Assembly (NCBI GenBank): GCA_038131935.1
Contig: JAYPQH010000013.1
Location: forward strand, 1 to 23,714
Length of the DNA stretch: 23,714 nt
From: Alphaproteobacteria bacterium
Lineage (GTDB): Bacteria; Pseudomonadota; Alphaproteobacteria; UBA8317
Direction: 5' to 3'
The notes under the pieces were generated by a model, which saw only the letters and a program-made list of their open reading frames with translations, had not been told where the DNA came from and made no database searches. The position numbers and the translations under genes are program-made. This document shows, one piece after another, positions 11,620-21,950 of the stretch. How positions within the stretch are numbered: position 1 is the first letter of the stretch; each line of letters starts with the position of its first letter.

Positions 11620-12713
11620 CCATCTAAAAGGTATTTTTTTCGTTGCTCTCGAATCCAATGACCCATTTGTGGGCCATCAACCAGTCCAGCTTCTCGTGCT
11701 TGAACTGCGCCGATGTTTTTGGCGTCACTGAGCTGTTCTAGCAAGGGCTGTGCTGGGCCAAGCACATGCTTATCTTGTTGTAGCCAATATATAGCATCAT
11801 CGCAGCTACGTAGAAGGCTTTCAACAAAATCTTCTCTATTTTCAGTCCTTAAGGCTCTGATGGTATGGCCAAGATCAATGACGGTTCGCCTAAAAGAGCC
11901 GGGTAGTCTCAAATGATTTGCAAAGTATTCTGCTTCCTCAGATATAAGAAACCCAAGTCGCATGGGTGCTGATGATAAACCTGTGGGCAGATCATGTAAT
12001 GACTTAGCAAACATTCTTTGTTCAATACCAGAATAGCGCCATGAATTCATCAATGTGTGAGGTGGCTGCTTTTGCAACAATTTAAGAAGTTCATTTGTGA
12101 TACGTTCCATGGTGGGAAGTGCCAAGGAAGGGGCACATGCCTCCACTGCGTTCTTTGAATTTTCATCAATATGTGGGTCATCCAATTGTGACCAAAAACG
12201 ATAAAAACGAAAAAACCGTAAGCCATCTTCCATAAGTCTTGTTTGGGGACAGCCAATGAACTTTAACGTTCGCGTTTGAATATCAGCAATGATGTTTAAC
12301 GGGTCTCACAAAGCCCCTGCTGGATGATAATAGAGCGCGTTGATGGTGAAGTCGCGTCGTTTTGCATCTTCCAACCAGTCTTTACCAAATTGTACCTTCG
12401 CATGGCGGCCATCAGTTGCAATGTCACGTCTTAATGTGGTGATTTCAAAAGAGTTGCCATTTCCATGTGCTACAACTGTACCATGATCAATGCCTTTTAA
12501 ATCTACCCCAAAGCCAGCTTTGACAACATGATCTATAACAAAACGAGGGAGAATTGTTGTGGCAAAGTCTAGGTCGCAAATATCACGCCCAAGCAAGCAG
12601 TCACGAACGGCTCCCCCTACAACCATGAGCTGGTTCCCGCTAGGATCAATTTGTTGCAATAGTTTTGCAATTGGAGGCTCATCAAGCTTCTTTTGTAAAC
12701 GGGAAAAGTCCAT
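11589..12713 (-). CDS. cca: CCA tRNA nucleotidyltransferase (class II), interrupted by one in-frame TGA at 12308-12306
   Basis: VGGAVRD..LG....DLDFAT, EITTLRRD, DAKRRDFTINAL. The same frame then reads GAL*DPLNIIADIQTRTLKFIGCPQTRLMEDGLRFFRFYRF and ERITNELLKLL. The two ORF-track pieces are in frame, with 72 nt between them. Confidence 0.9.
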
Positions 12714-12715
12714 TT

Positions 12716-12967
12716 TTAACGAAAAGTTCCCGATTTAAAGGTGCCATCTTTTCCAATTTCAGCAGGCGTATATTGGGCGCCCGCTTGTATTGGATCAGTT
12801 ATGCGTAAAAAGACGAGCCCAAATGTTAAAAGAAGAAGGCCAATTCCTAGCGCCCATATGAGGGATTGATTGGCTTGAAAGAGAGGTTCTCGATACCATA
12901 GCTTCCAACAAAAAAGTCCCATCAGAGGGCTGAGGGCTATAACAATTAACAAAATCCGAGATATCAT
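12716..12967 (-). CDS. Small membrane protein, DUF6111-like
   Basis: Two hydrophobic segments and a C-terminal YTPAEIG.DG....G.F motif. It lies between CoA pyrophosphatase and cca, as is usual in alphaproteobacteria. Confidence 0.7.
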   Translation of the reverse strand: MISRILLIVIALSPLMGLFCWKLWYREPLFQANQSLIWALGIGLLLLTFGLVFLRITDPIQAGAQYTPAEIGKDGTFKSGTFR

Positions 12968-13506
12968 GTTTTCATATTCTCCTGGATGACAACATGGGCG
13001 GCAAGATAGAGGATGCGTGCTGTTGCTCCCCAGATATGATGTCCTTGCCAGTCTGTTTCAACGTAACCACGTTCGGTTTGTGACATTTGATAGGACTCAA
13101 GGTTGAGAAAGCGGCTGGTTGGGTAGGTAAGTATTTGCTGAACTTCTCTATTGTCCGGTACCATTTTGGGTAGATAATCAAGTTTTACAAAAAATGGATG
13201 TATATCAAATCCTGTTCCTGTCGCCGTAGCGGGTAAGGCGGAATAGGGGTGCTGATCACCGATATCAATAGCTACCTCTTCCCAAGTTTCACGTCGTGCT
13301 GTGTGCCATAAGCTTTGGTCATCAGTCTCCCATTTTCCCCCTGGTAAGGCGATTTGGCCTCCATGCTGTGGTGTTTTCTTTGACCGTTCAATGAGCAAGA
13401 TATGCTCTGGGGTCATAATCAACATGACGGCAGCTTGTCGGCCCTTTCCATTAGCTAGTCGGTAGCGTTCAGGGTGCGGAAGTAACGTTAATGTTTCGTT
13501 ATTCAT
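12964..13506 (-). CDS. CoA pyrophosphatase (Nudix, NudL-like)
   Basis: AAVM, NuCoA-type motif LLIERSKKTPQHGGQIALPGG, Nudix box GGKWETDDQSLWHTARRETWEEVAI, and IWGATARIL. ATG at 13506 overlaps the DUF1285 stop. Confidence 0.88.
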   Translation of the reverse strand: MNNETLTLLPHPERYRLANGKGRQAAVMLIMTPEHILLIERSKKTPQHGGQIALPGGKWETDDQSLWHTARRETWEEVAIDIGDQHPYSALPATATGTGFDIHPFFVKLDYLPKMVPDNREVQQILTYPTSRFLNLESYQMSQTERGYVETDWQGHHIWGATARILYLAAHVVIQENMKT

Positions 13507-13993
13507 CAATGACACCCTCCGCCCAAATGAAATTTTCATCTTGTGGCATTTTGAGTTGCCATGACCCATTATTTTCGATGGAAATATATTGGCTTAATTC
13601 AATATGAGTTTGTCGGTTGAACTGTCCTAGAAGTCCTCTTTCAAGCATCACATGAAATATTTCTATACCATCTACATTCTTTTTGAGAAAAGGTGGTTGG
13701 GTGATGTGATGGGTTCTACCGATTGTATCTTGTACCTGATATTCTCTTGTCTCTGTTGGCGCATATTGTACATCAGTGATGACAAAGGGAGCATCTTCAA
13801 CTTGGATTCTCATCTCTTCCACTGGTGTCACAAGCCAGTATTCATCCCCCTTCTTTTGCAGAACTGATGCGAATAAAGCGACCATTTTGGTTCTTTTTAT
13901 GGGCGTACCTTCATGCCACCAAGTGCCATCTTTCTTGATGATAATGTCGATGTCTCCACATTTCTTGGGTCGATTGGCTACATGTTCTGGCAT
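13499..13993 (-). CDS. DUF1285 domain protein
   Basis: CGDIDIIIKKDGTWWHEGTPIKR..MV.LFASVL and YWLVTPVE.MRIQVEDAPF are characteristic of DUF1285. Confidence 0.88.
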   Translation of the reverse strand: MPEHVANRPKKCGDIDIIIKKDGTWWHEGTPIKRTKMVALFASVLQKKGDEYWLVTPVEEMRIQVEDAPFVITDVQYAPTETREYQVQDTIGRTHHITQPPFLKKNVDGIEIFHVMLERGLLGQFNRQTHIELSQYISIENNGSWQLKMPQDENFIWAEGVIDE

Positions 13994-14483
13994 GGTTTGA
14001 TATGTTTCCCTGGGATATGTTGCTGAGAACTAAAATAGAGAATTTTTCTGGAGCGGTAGGGGTAGGCAATTCAAGTGAGTGCGGTAATTGTTGAAAGCCA
14101 AGCCGGGAATAAAAGGACATCTGACCAATAAGAATAATCCAGTGGCCATGCTGCATTTGAATGACTGCATTCATAAGCTGCGCTCCTGTTCCTTTTCGCT
14201 GTTCTACTTGTCGTACAGCGAGAGGCCCGAGGAATAGTCCTTTCTGCCCTAAGTCATCACAAACCCAATGTGTAACCACTAAGCCTACCAACATATTGCC
14301 TCGGTACGCCACCAGCTGTGGCCCAGGGCAGCGCGACGGATCCTCGCGGAAACGTTCTGCCGTACGTGCATAGCGACCGGGTCCAAATGTCATAAGGATC
14401 AACCGATCCATATCAGAACGATCCTCAATGTCAGCTGGCCTGATTTCAAGTTCCAGGTCTAGAGATAGCTCATATGATATCAT
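13911..14483 (-). CDS. GNAT-family N-acetyltransferase (YhbS-like); the 3' tail may be frameshifted, with the true stop possibly near 13978
   Basis: TFGPGRYARTAERFRE, LGPLAV....RKGTGAQLM (acetyl-CoA-binding motif A), ILIG...FYSRLGF. Confidence 0.85.
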   Translation of the reverse strand: MISYELSLDLELEIRPADIEDRSDMDRLILMTFGPGRYARTAERFREDPSRCPGPQLVAYRGNMLVGLVVTHWVCDDLGQKGLFLGPLAVRQVEQRKGTGAQLMNAVIQMQHGHWIILIGQMSFYSRLGFQQLPHSLELPTPTAPEKFSILVLSNISQGNISNHARTCSQSTQEMWRHRHYHQERWHLVA

Positions 14484-14595
14484 GGGAATTTGCGTAAACA
14501 CCTCAGTTGGTTCATTGTCTGTTTTAACTCTTAGCGGCTAATGTTGTGCTCAAGTGATGCAGCATCATGGTGACATTGTTATGCATGAATTTTTA

Positions 14596-14624
14596 ATGAC
14601 GAGGATGCCATGTAATCCTACATT
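14596..14624 (+). promoter_or_regulatory. Candidate promoter for msrB-mnmH
   Basis: ATGACG-N17-TACATT, ending 37 bp upstream of the msrB ATG. The -10 overlaps the dyad ATGTA-ATCC-TACAT. Confidence 0.35.
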
Positions 14625-14661
14625 AGTAAAATCCACGATTTATGAAAAAGGGTGTTAGCGC

Positions 14662-15063
14662 ATGAAGCCAATAAAACCAACGCGTGATTTTTCACAACGC
14701 ATTAATGAACTTAACGAACAAGCTTATCAGATCACACAAAATCATGGTACGGAGCGACCATTTTCTGGTCCTCATCTTGAGGAAAAGCGACTGGGAAGTT
14801 TCTTATGTGTTGTTTGTGACGAAACTTTGTTTTCCTCACAGCATAAATATGACAGTGGTTCTGGCTGGCCTAGCTTTTTTGATGAAGCGGTTGGTGCTCA
14901 GATTACCAAGAAGACAGATCACTCCCATGGAATGATTCGTACCGAGGTCTTATGTGGAACATGTGAAGCCCACTTGGGGCATTTGTTTCCGGATGGTCCA
15001 AGACCCACGGGACTGCGTTATTGTATTAATGGGCATGCGCTGAATTTTAAGCCGGAGGTGTGA
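14662..15063 (+). CDS. msrB: Peptide-methionine (R)-S-oxide reductase MsrB
   Basis: GTERPFSG, two Zn-binding CxxC motifs (CVVC, CGTC), KYDSGSGWPSF, HLGHLFPDGP.PTGLRYCIN (catalytic Cys). Confidence 0.97.
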   Translation: MKPIKPTRDFSQRINELNEQAYQITQNHGTERPFSGPHLEEKRLGSFLCVVCDETLFSSQHKYDSGSGWPSFFDEAVGAQITKKTDHSHGMIRTEVLCGTCEAHLGHLFPDGPRPTGLRYCINGHALNFKPEV

Positions 15064-16125
15064 TTGGCAACAAGTATGCAGACAAGCTGGGTAGACTTTT
15101 TAAAGGATGTTGATGTCATTATTGATGTCCGTTCTCCACACGAATTTGCGCATGATCACATCCCAGGAGCCATCAATTTACCAGTGCTATATGATGATCA
15201 ACATGCCCAAATTGGAACGATGTACAAGCAAGAAAGTCCGTTTTCAGCAAAGCGTCTGGGGGCAGCATGGGTCTCCGAAAATATCAGCCAACACCTGCAT
15301 GGTCATTTTCAAGATAAAGGAAAAAATTATCGTCCAGGGGTTTATTGTTGGCGAGGTGGTCAGCGATCAGGAGCGATGGCAACCATTTTATCTGCGGTTG
15401 GCTGGAAAACTAAAACATTAGCAGGGGGGTATAAAATGTATCGACAGCATGTTGTTGATGCATTGTACCACAAGCCATTGTCTCAAATGTTTATAAGGGT
15501 GGATGGCAATACCGGAACAGGAAAAACTTCACTGCTACAGATGCTGGCAAAAAATGGGGAGTTTGTTGTAGATTTAGAGGCCATTGCGCATCACCGTGGC
15601 TCTGTGCTTGGTGGTTTGGGTCAGAAGTCACAACCAACACAAAAATGGTTTGAAAGCCAAATCTATGTACATCTACAAAAATCTGACGGGCCTATTTGGA
15701 TTGAGGCCGAATCATTAAAAATTGGGAAATTGCGCTTGCCTCCAAAATTGTGGGAGGCGATGTGTGATGCGCCAATTGTTATGCTTGAGTCGGATTCAAC
15801 AAGACGCGTGAGGCATCTGAGCACAATTTATGATGTTGATGGATTAGATGCCGGTGAAATTTGTGAAAAATTGGAGTTTTTGCGTCCTTTGCGCGGCCAT
15901 GAAGTTGTAACATATTGGCAAAATTTAGCGCGCGCTCAGAATTGGTCAGCTTTGATTGAGTCATTGCTTGCCCAGCATTACGATCCATCCTACCACCGCA
16001 GCAGACAGGCTAACGTCGCTGCTGGTGCCACATTCAATATCTTGGATTCATCAGGATCTGTTGATGTTGAGTTGGTTGATAAATTGCTTACAGAGACACG
16101 ACTAAAACTTGGCAGTCATTGCTAA
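15064..16125 (+). CDS. mnmH: tRNA 2-selenouridine(34) synthase MnmH/SelU
   Basis: Rhodanese domain IIDVRSPHEF..DHIPGAINLP, YCWRGGQRS; P-loop GNTGTGKT; DLEAIAHHRGS; EAES.KIG; HYDPSY. The TTG start has GGAGG 5 nt upstream; ATG at 15079 is an alternative. Confidence 0.95.
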   Translation: MATSMQTSWVDFLKDVDVIIDVRSPHEFAHDHIPGAINLPVLYDDQHAQIGTMYKQESPFSAKRLGAAWVSENISQHLHGHFQDKGKNYRPGVYCWRGGQRSGAMATILSAVGWKTKTLAGGYKMYRQHVVDALYHKPLSQMFIRVDGNTGTGKTSLLQMLAKNGEFVVDLEAIAHHRGSVLGGLGQKSQPTQKWFESQIYVHLQKSDGPIWIEAESLKIGKLRLPPKLWEAMCDAPIVMLESDSTRRVRHLSTIYDVDGLDAGEICEKLEFLRPLRGHEVVTYWQNLARAQNWSALIESLLAQHYDPSYHRSRQANVAAGATFNILDSSGSVDVELVDKLLTETRLKLGSHC

Positions 16126-17093
16126 CCATTCGTGGTGCTGTTGGTTGGTGGAAGCAAGTGTAAAACATCTTCAACCAATTGAGGTAATTCCCATATAGGT
16201 TCACAAGATGATCCAAATTTTGTGGGGTACGCTCTATTTTTCTCTGCAAGAAATGTTTGGATCACCGCAAATTTTCCAAGATTGCCTTGTACAGGTAGAA
16301 GCATCATGGGGGTCGCAGATGCTGCGCATTCTGATATCATGTTAATAGAGTCTTCGGTAACTGCAACGTAAGAGCTTGATGCAACAAGACCGGGGTAGGG
16401 ATTGTCGCCAACTCCATCATAAATCATCACATTATATTCATTAAAAATATCTAAAAAATTGTTTTTTATACTCTGTGGGGTCCGTCGAGAATATGTAACT
16501 GCCAAATTACGACATTGTGGTATTTCTGCCTGCAGGATGCTGCGCCACCTTTTAAGATCTGTTTCATCCATAAATTGTCTTCGATTGTTACCTCCAATAA
16601 TAAGTGCACAAATCGGAGGGGATAACGATGAAATAAATTGAGTGGCAATGTTATCAGGGCGTGGAGGCATGGTGATGCCCAAATTTGTTTTGATTATATT
16701 AGGTCCTGTTCTTCTATCATGTTGAGGAAGGATAATGGCACGAAATGCATGATGACCCACATAAGGATCCAATAGTTGAATAAGATTATCATGACCTTGA
16801 AATCGTAACCAATGCATATAAGGAAGGCTTGAGCGGCCACAACCTATAAAAATGTTGTCCCCAACAAGACCCTTGGAAAGTTGATCCAAAAATTCAACTT
16901 TACTGTCTAGATAATGCAATAATTTGGCTTGTATGGCGCAACCTAGCCAGCGATAGGCTGTTTCAGGCGCAGGTAAATGTTCTACAGTTAAATTTAGCCT
17001 AACGGCCAAGGCTTCGGCAAAAAGCCCCAGGGGTCTTCTATTTCCAGGTCTGTCATCACTGATTGTGAATATTTTTGTTGCTACTGTTGGCAT
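16122..17093 (-). CDS. Mitochondrial fission ELM1-family protein (putative nucleoside-diphosphate-sugar epimerase/glycosyltransferase-like)
   Basis: SD.RPG, IGCGR, LLDP, PQHD, LIIGG.N, TYSRRTP, NPYPG, VTEDSINMISE. Confidence 0.85.
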   Translation of the reverse strand: MPTVATKIFTISDDRPGNRRPLGLFAEALAVRLNLTVEHLPAPETAYRWLGCAIQAKLLHYLDSKVEFLDQLSKGLVGDNIFIGCGRSSLPYMHWLRFQGHDNLIQLLDPYVGHHAFRAIILPQHDRRTGPNIIKTNLGITMPPRPDNIATQFISSLSPPICALIIGGNNRRQFMDETDLKRWRSILQAEIPQCRNLAVTYSRRTPQSIKNNFLDIFNEYNVMIYDGVGDNPYPGLVASSSYVAVTEDSINMISECAASATPMMLLPVQGNLGKFAVIQTFLAEKNRAYPTKFGSSCEPIWELPQLVEDVLHLLPPTNSTTNG

Positions 17094-17145
17094 GAATATG
17101 AAATATAATTACTCGTTGGATGGACTTATTGCTTAGGAGTTAAGT

Positions 17146-17613
17146 TTGGCACACCGGTTGGATCTTATCGATAAGAAAATTCTGGCGATCTTACAAACAG
17201 AAGGTCGTATCACCAATGTCGAACTGGCAAAAAGGGTAGGTATCTCTGCGCCACCTTGTTTGCGAAGGGTTCGAAATCTTGAAATTGCAGGGTATATCGA
17301 GGGGTATCACGCAGAGATAGCAGCGAAAAGGTTTGGATTCGAAATCACTGTTTTTGTTATGGTTGGGTTGGCATCGCAAGCCAAAACAGATCTAGTAAAC
17401 TTCGAGAAGAAGGTACTTGGTTGGGAGTTGGTTCGCGAGTGCCACATGCTAAATGGTGAGATCGATTTTATTCTTAAGTGCGTTGCAACTGACTTGCCAA
17501 CTTTTCAAGAATTTCTAGAGACACAACTGCTCGCAACAGAAAATGTAGCCAGCGTCAAAACGTCGCTGGCCATACATTGCTCCAAGATGGCTCACGGAAT
17601 TCCGATATCATGA
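17146..17613 (+). CDS. Lrp/AsnC-family transcriptional regulator
   Basis: LDLIDKKILAILQTEGRITNVELAKRVGISAPPCLRRVR.LE HTH; VRECHMLNGEIDFILK. TTG start with SD AGGAG. Confidence 0.93.
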   Translation: MAHRLDLIDKKILAILQTEGRITNVELAKRVGISAPPCLRRVRNLEIAGYIEGYHAEIAAKRFGFEITVFVMVGLASQAKTDLVNFEKKVLGWELVRECHMLNGEIDFILKCVATDLPTFQEFLETQLLATENVASVKTSLAIHCSKMAHGIPIS

Positions 17614-17645
17614 TGCGCGCAACAGCAACTATCATCATGTTGTCT

Positions 17646-18119
17646 TCAAATATATTCGACCTTTAAAATTTCGTAAGACCTTCCACCACCAGGGGTCATT
17701 ACTTCAACAACATCACCTTCCTCTTTCCCTATAAGAGCTCGTGCAACAGGGGAAGAAATAGAAATACGACCTTGCTTTAAATCAGCTTCAATTTCACCAA
17801 CGATTTGATAACGAACCTCATCATCAGTCTCTTCATCAACCAGTGAAACGGTTGCGCCAAATTTAACCTTGGATCCAGAAAGTGAAGCAGGATCAATGAC
17901 TTGTGCCCTTGATAGCATGTCTTCTAATTCCAAAATCCGACCCTCAATAAAAGACTGCCGTTCTTTAGCTGCATGGTACTCTGCATTCTCAGATAAATCA
18001 CCATGCTCACGTGCTTCTGCAATAGCTTTGATCACGCTACTGCGGCCTTCACCTTTGAGATGTTTCAGCTCTTCTGCGATCATATTGGAGCCACGTATTG
18101 TCATTGGTAGCTTGTCCAT
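17646..18119 (-). CDS. greA: Transcription elongation factor GreA
   Basis: [19 protein letters not shown]; VKFGATV; [20 protein letters not shown] precedes ATG at 18119. Confidence 0.97.
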   Translation of the reverse strand: MDKLPMTIRGSNMIAEELKHLKGEGRSSVIKAIAEAREHGDLSENAEYHAAKERQSFIEGRILELEDMLSRAQVIDPASLSGSKVKFGATVSLVDEETDDEVRYQIVGEIEADLKQGRISISSPVARALIGKEEGDVVEVMTPGGGRSYEILKVEYI

Positions 18120-18169
18120 GTGCACCTCTTAGGATTCTTTCGTTATGCTTTCCTGTAAATATACAGCAT

Positions 18170-21100
18170 TTAAACGTATTGTTGGAGAGGGCATACTTCA
18201 ACCCCCTGATCTTTTTGGGCTACGATCGCCCTCGATGCGATCAAAGCGCTTCGAATGGTGGTGAAGTAAGGTACCTTCATAAGAACGGTGCTGCGACGGA
18301 TAGAAAAAGAATCAGCCAAAGCTTGAGCGCCGTCTGTGGTGTTGATCACCAATTGAACATCGCCATTTTTGATGTGGTCGACAATATGCGGCCGTCCTTC
18401 TAAGACTTTATTAACATGGTCAACAGGTATGCCGTGCGAGGTAAGGAATAATCTTGTCCCTCCAGTTGCAATTAAGCGAAAGCCTGCTTGATGGAGCAAT
18501 TGAGCCGTTTCAAGAAGGTCCTGTTTGTCTTCATTGCGGACAGATAAAAACACGCTACCTTCATGCGGTAACATATTACCAGCACCTTGTTGGCTTTTGA
18601 GAAAAGCTTCTTCAAACGATGGGCCAATACCCATGACTTCTCCTGTTGACCTCATCTCCGGGCCAAGGATCACATCAGTTTGAGGGAAGCGAGCAAAGGG
18701 TAGGCCAGCTTCCTTGACTGCTACATGCTTGAGCTTCCCGGGAGGTTGGTAGAGGCTATCTAGCTTCTGACCAGCCATCACTTGCGAGGCTATGGCAGGT
18801 AGAGGACGTCCAATAGCTTTGGCAACAAACGGTACCGTACGAGAGGCACGAGGATTTACCTCGAGGATAAAGATTTCTTGTTTTCCGTTGATTTCCTTTA
18901 TGGCGAATTGAATATTCATCAAACCTTTAACCTCAAGAGCTATGGCAAGGTCGATGGTCTGCTGTTTTAGCTCGTCAATTACATCCTGTGACAAAGAAAA
19001 AGGTGGGAGTGAGCAAGCTGAGTCTCCGGAATGAATACCTGCTTCTTCAATATGTTCCATAATACCTGCAACATGTACGGTCTCACCATCACTGATGGCA
19101 TCAACATCCACTTCGATGGCATGGTCAAGATAGCTATCAAGAAGGATTGGGCTAGATCCTGAGACAACGACGGCCTCATCAATGTAACGGTGCAAATGCT
19201 CTTCATCGCGAACAATTTCCATGGCGCGTCCCCCAAGAACATAGCTTGGACGGATGACCAAGGGGTAATTCAGTTGTTCTGCAATAGCCAAAGCTTCGCT
19301 TCGTGATCGCGCAATGCCATTCTTTGGTTGCTGCAGTCCTATGCGCTCAAGTAAGCCTTTGAAACGCTCACGGTCTTCTGCAAGGTCAATCATATCTGGC
19401 GACGTGCCTAAAATGGTGACCCCTGCTTTCTCCAGTCCTTCAGCCAACTTAAGAGGGGTTTGCCCCCCAAACTGCACAATCACCCCCAATACGGTCCCTT
19501 GCGCCTGCTCTCGGTCAATGATTTCTAGTACGTTCTCAATTGTTAGCGGCTCGAAGTAAAGTCTGTCAGAGGTGTCGTAATCAGTAGAGACGGTCTCTGG
19601 GTTGCAATTTATCATAATGGTTTCATAACCATCGGCTGACAAAGCCATCGCAGCGTGACAGCAGCAATAGTCAAATTCAATGCCTTGCCCAATACGGTTT
19701 GGGCCACCACCAAGGATGATAATTTTCTTTAAATCTGTGACAGCTGCTTCGCAGCTATCTTCCCAATGCCCAAGCGGCTCATAGGCACTATACATATAGG
19801 GCGTTCGCGCAGGAAATTCCGCTGCACAGGTATCAATTCTTCTAAAAGATGGCCGAACGTCAAACGCATGCCGGTGACGCCGTACTTCCTCTTCCGTTTG
19901 GTTGACGAGGCTAGCAATTCTTGCGTCAGAAAAGCCCATCGACTTAAATTTTTGTAATGTTTGATGGTCAGCTGGTAGTCCATTTTCTTGCAAAATCCGC
20001 TCTGCATCAATGATCTGTTCAAATTGCCTTAAGAACCATGGGTCAATTTTTGAGACCTGATGAATTTCTTGGACGGAAAGTCCGTAACGCAATGCTTCCC
20101 CTACAGCGAGAATTCGTTCTGGGGTTGGTACAGCAAGAGATGCCAGCAATGTGTTGCGGTCATCGCCTTGGCCCAGATTATGAATTTTTGGTGTGGTCAA
20201 TCCATCTAAACCTGTCTCTAACGAGCACAGGGCTTTTAAGAAACTTTCATTAAAGCTTCGACCAATTGCCATAGCCTCGCCAACAGATTTCATGGATGTG
20301 GTGAGGGCCTCATCTGATCCAGGGAATTTCTCAAATGCAAAGCGTGGAATTTTGGTGACAACATAGTCTAATGTCGGCTCAAAACTGGCTGGTGTAGCTC
20401 CAGTAATCTCATTGGATAGTTCGTCTAGCGTATACCCAACAGCTAAGAGAGCAGCAACCTTGGCGATAGGAAAACCAGTTGCTTTTGAGGCTAACGCCGA
20501 TGAACGCGAAACACGTGGGTTCATTTCAATAACGACCATACGACCATTTTCAGGATTAACAGCAAACTGGACATTAGAACCCCCAGTTTCCACACCTATT
20601 TCGCGTAAAACCGCAATAGAGGCATCCCGCATGATTTGAAATTCTTTATCTGTAAGGGTTTGCGCGGGCGCCACAGTAATCGAATCACCTGTATGTACCC
20701 CCATGGGATCAATATTTTCTATTGAGCAAATGATGATCGCATTATCATGGCGGTCTCTAACGACCTCCATTTCGTATTCTTTCCAACCTAGTACGGACTC
20801 TTCGACCAGCACTTCACCTACAGGTGATGCATCGATGCCGCCTGTTACAATTTGTTCAAATTCTTGTCGGTTGTAAGCAATGCCACCACCTGTTCCACCG
20901 AGTGTAAAAGAAGGTCTGATGATGGCGGGTAGACCAATTTTGTCTAAGGCCTTGTTGGCGTCGGAAATCGAATTCACCAAATGACTAGCAGGTGATTCGA
21001 GGCCTATCTTATCCATGGCCTTCCGAAAAAGTTGTCTGTCTTCTGCTTTGGCAATTGCGTCTTTATCTGCACCAATGAGTTCAACTTGGTATTTTGCAAG

Positions 21101-21421
21101 AACGTTTTTAGCGTCCAATTCGAGTGCAATATTTAATGCTGTCTGCCCCCCCATGGTTGGAAGGATAGCATCAGGACGTTCTTTCTCAATGACCTTTTCC
21201 ACATATTCCGCTGTAACGGGCTCAATATATGTAGCATCAGCAATAGATGGGTCGGTCATAATGGTTGCTGGGTTAGAGTTCACCAAAATGATTCGATAAC
21301 CTTCATTCCTCAGCGCCCGGCAAGCTTGTGTCCCGGAGTAGTCAAATTCACAGGCTTGTCCGATGATGATGGGCCCAGCTCCGATAATGAGGATCGATGA
21401 TATATCGGTTCTTTTTGGCAT
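18170..21421 (-). CDS. carB: Carbamoyl-phosphate synthase large subunit
   Basis: [24 protein letters not shown], duplicated ATP-grasp domains (HTGDS / [14 protein letters not shown] / EVNPRASRT) and a C-terminal MGS domain. SD GGAG precedes ATG at 21421. Confidence 0.98.
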   Translation of the reverse strand: MPKRTDISSILIIGAGPIIIGQACEFDYSGTQACRALRNEGYRIILVNSNPATIMTDPSIADATYIEPVTAEYVEKVIEKERPDAILPTMGGQTALNIALELDAKNVLAKYQVELIGADKDAIAKAEDRQLFRKAMDKIGLESPASHLVNSISDANKALDKIGLPAIIRPSFTLGGTGGGIAYNRQEFEQIVTGGIDASPVGEVLVEESVLGWKEYEMEVVRDRHDNAIIICSIENIDPMGVHTGDSITVAPAQTLTDKEFQIMRDASIAVLREIGVETGGSNVQFAVNPENGRMVVIEMNPRVSRSSALASKATGFPIAKVAALLAVGYTLDELSNEITGATPASFEPTLDYVVTKIPRFAFEKFPGSDEALTTSMKSVGEAMAIGRSFNESFLKALCSLETGLDGLTTPKIHNLGQGDDRNTLLASLAVPTPERILAVGEALRYGLSVQEIHQVSKIDPWFLRQFEQIIDAERILQENGLPADHQTLQKFKSMGFSDARIASLVNQTEEEVRRHRHAFDVRPSFRRIDTCAAEFPARTPYMYSAYEPLGHWEDSCEAAVTDLKKIIILGGGPNRIGQGIEFDYCCCHAAMALSADGYETIMINCNPETVSTDYDTSDRLYFEPLTIENVLEIIDREQAQGTVLGVIVQFGGQTPLKLAEGLEKAGVTILGTSPDMIDLAEDRERFKGLLERIGLQQPKNGIARSRSEALAIAEQLNYPLVIRPSYVLGGRAMEIVRDEEHLHRYIDEAVVVSGSSPILLDSYLDHAIEVDVDAISDGETVHVAGIMEHIEEAGIHSGDSACSLPPFSLSQDVIDELKQQTIDLAIALEVKGLMNIQFAIKEINGKQEIFILEVNPRASRTVPFVAKAIGRPLPAIASQVMAGQKLDSLYQPPGKLKHVAVKEAGLPFARFPQTDVILGPEMRSTGEVMGIGPSFEEAFLKSQQGAGNMLPHEGSVFLSVRNEDKQDLLETAQLLHQAGFRLIATGGTRLFLTSHGIPVDHVNKVLEGRPHIVDHIKNGDVQLVINTTDGAQALADSFSIRRSTVLMKVPYFTTIRSALIASRAIVAQKDQGVEVCPLQQYV

Positions 21422-21523
21422 GATGCATTCTCCAGCTTGCGGCATTCAAGCTCAGACCCTATGTCCATGAGCAAACGTGTTTTAATGATTTGTACGAAGG
21501 AAATAAAGTGCGATTGTTACCTG

Positions 21524-21910
21524 TTAGGTATTTGTTGTTGCTAATAGGGTAATCGCAAGGGCTTCATTCGAAATTTCAGTGGGTTGTGTCGCTTCTCTAT
21601 TTTTTTTCATAGGGTTCTTAATGGATCTAATGTCCTTAGTTCCATCAAAGTCCACGCAGCCTCGTGATATAGCATAGCAAGCCAAACGGATATAGAGTGG
21701 AATTTCGACGGTTTTGCCATTGCGCTGTCCAGTCTCGTAATATTGTATCATCCGCTTCTTAAGCCCTAATTTTTCTGCAGCTTCTTTTTGTTTGAATCCA
21801 TGCTGCTTTCTCCAAGCTTTGAATTGCGCTGGAGTCATCCCAACAAATCCATGCGGTGTTGCTTGCTCAGCTATATCGGCTGGAAGTTTGTCTTCTTGTT
21901 GTGAAGTCAT
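21524..21910 (-). CDS. XRE-family helix-turn-helix protein
   Basis: MTPAQFKAWRKQHGFKQKEAAEKLGLKKRMIQYYETG...IPLYIRLAC. SD GAGGG precedes ATG at 21910. The C-terminal tail may be an artefact of the A-run near 21600. Confidence 0.85.
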   Translation of the reverse strand: MTSQQEDKLPADIAEQATPHGFVGMTPAQFKAWRKQHGFKQKEAAEKLGLKKRMIQYYETGQRNGKTVEIPLYIRLACYAISRGCVDFDGTKDIRSIKNPMKKNREATQPTEISNEALAITLLATTNT

Positions 21911-21950
21911 ATTCCCTCTTACGCAATGCCGCCAAATTTTTAAGATTTTC

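Noticed and set aside
14524-14586. 20-codon minus-strand ORF (MHNNVTMMLHHLSTTLAAKS) as a leader peptide for the GNAT operon
   Set aside because: It has no clear SD or attenuator hairpin, and ORFs of this length arise by chance.
15054-15060. mnmH SD (GGAGGUG) as a specific target of the candidate sRNA
   Set aside because: Only ~6-7 bp of generic SD/anti-SD pairing, which does not discriminate this mRNA from any other with a strong SD.
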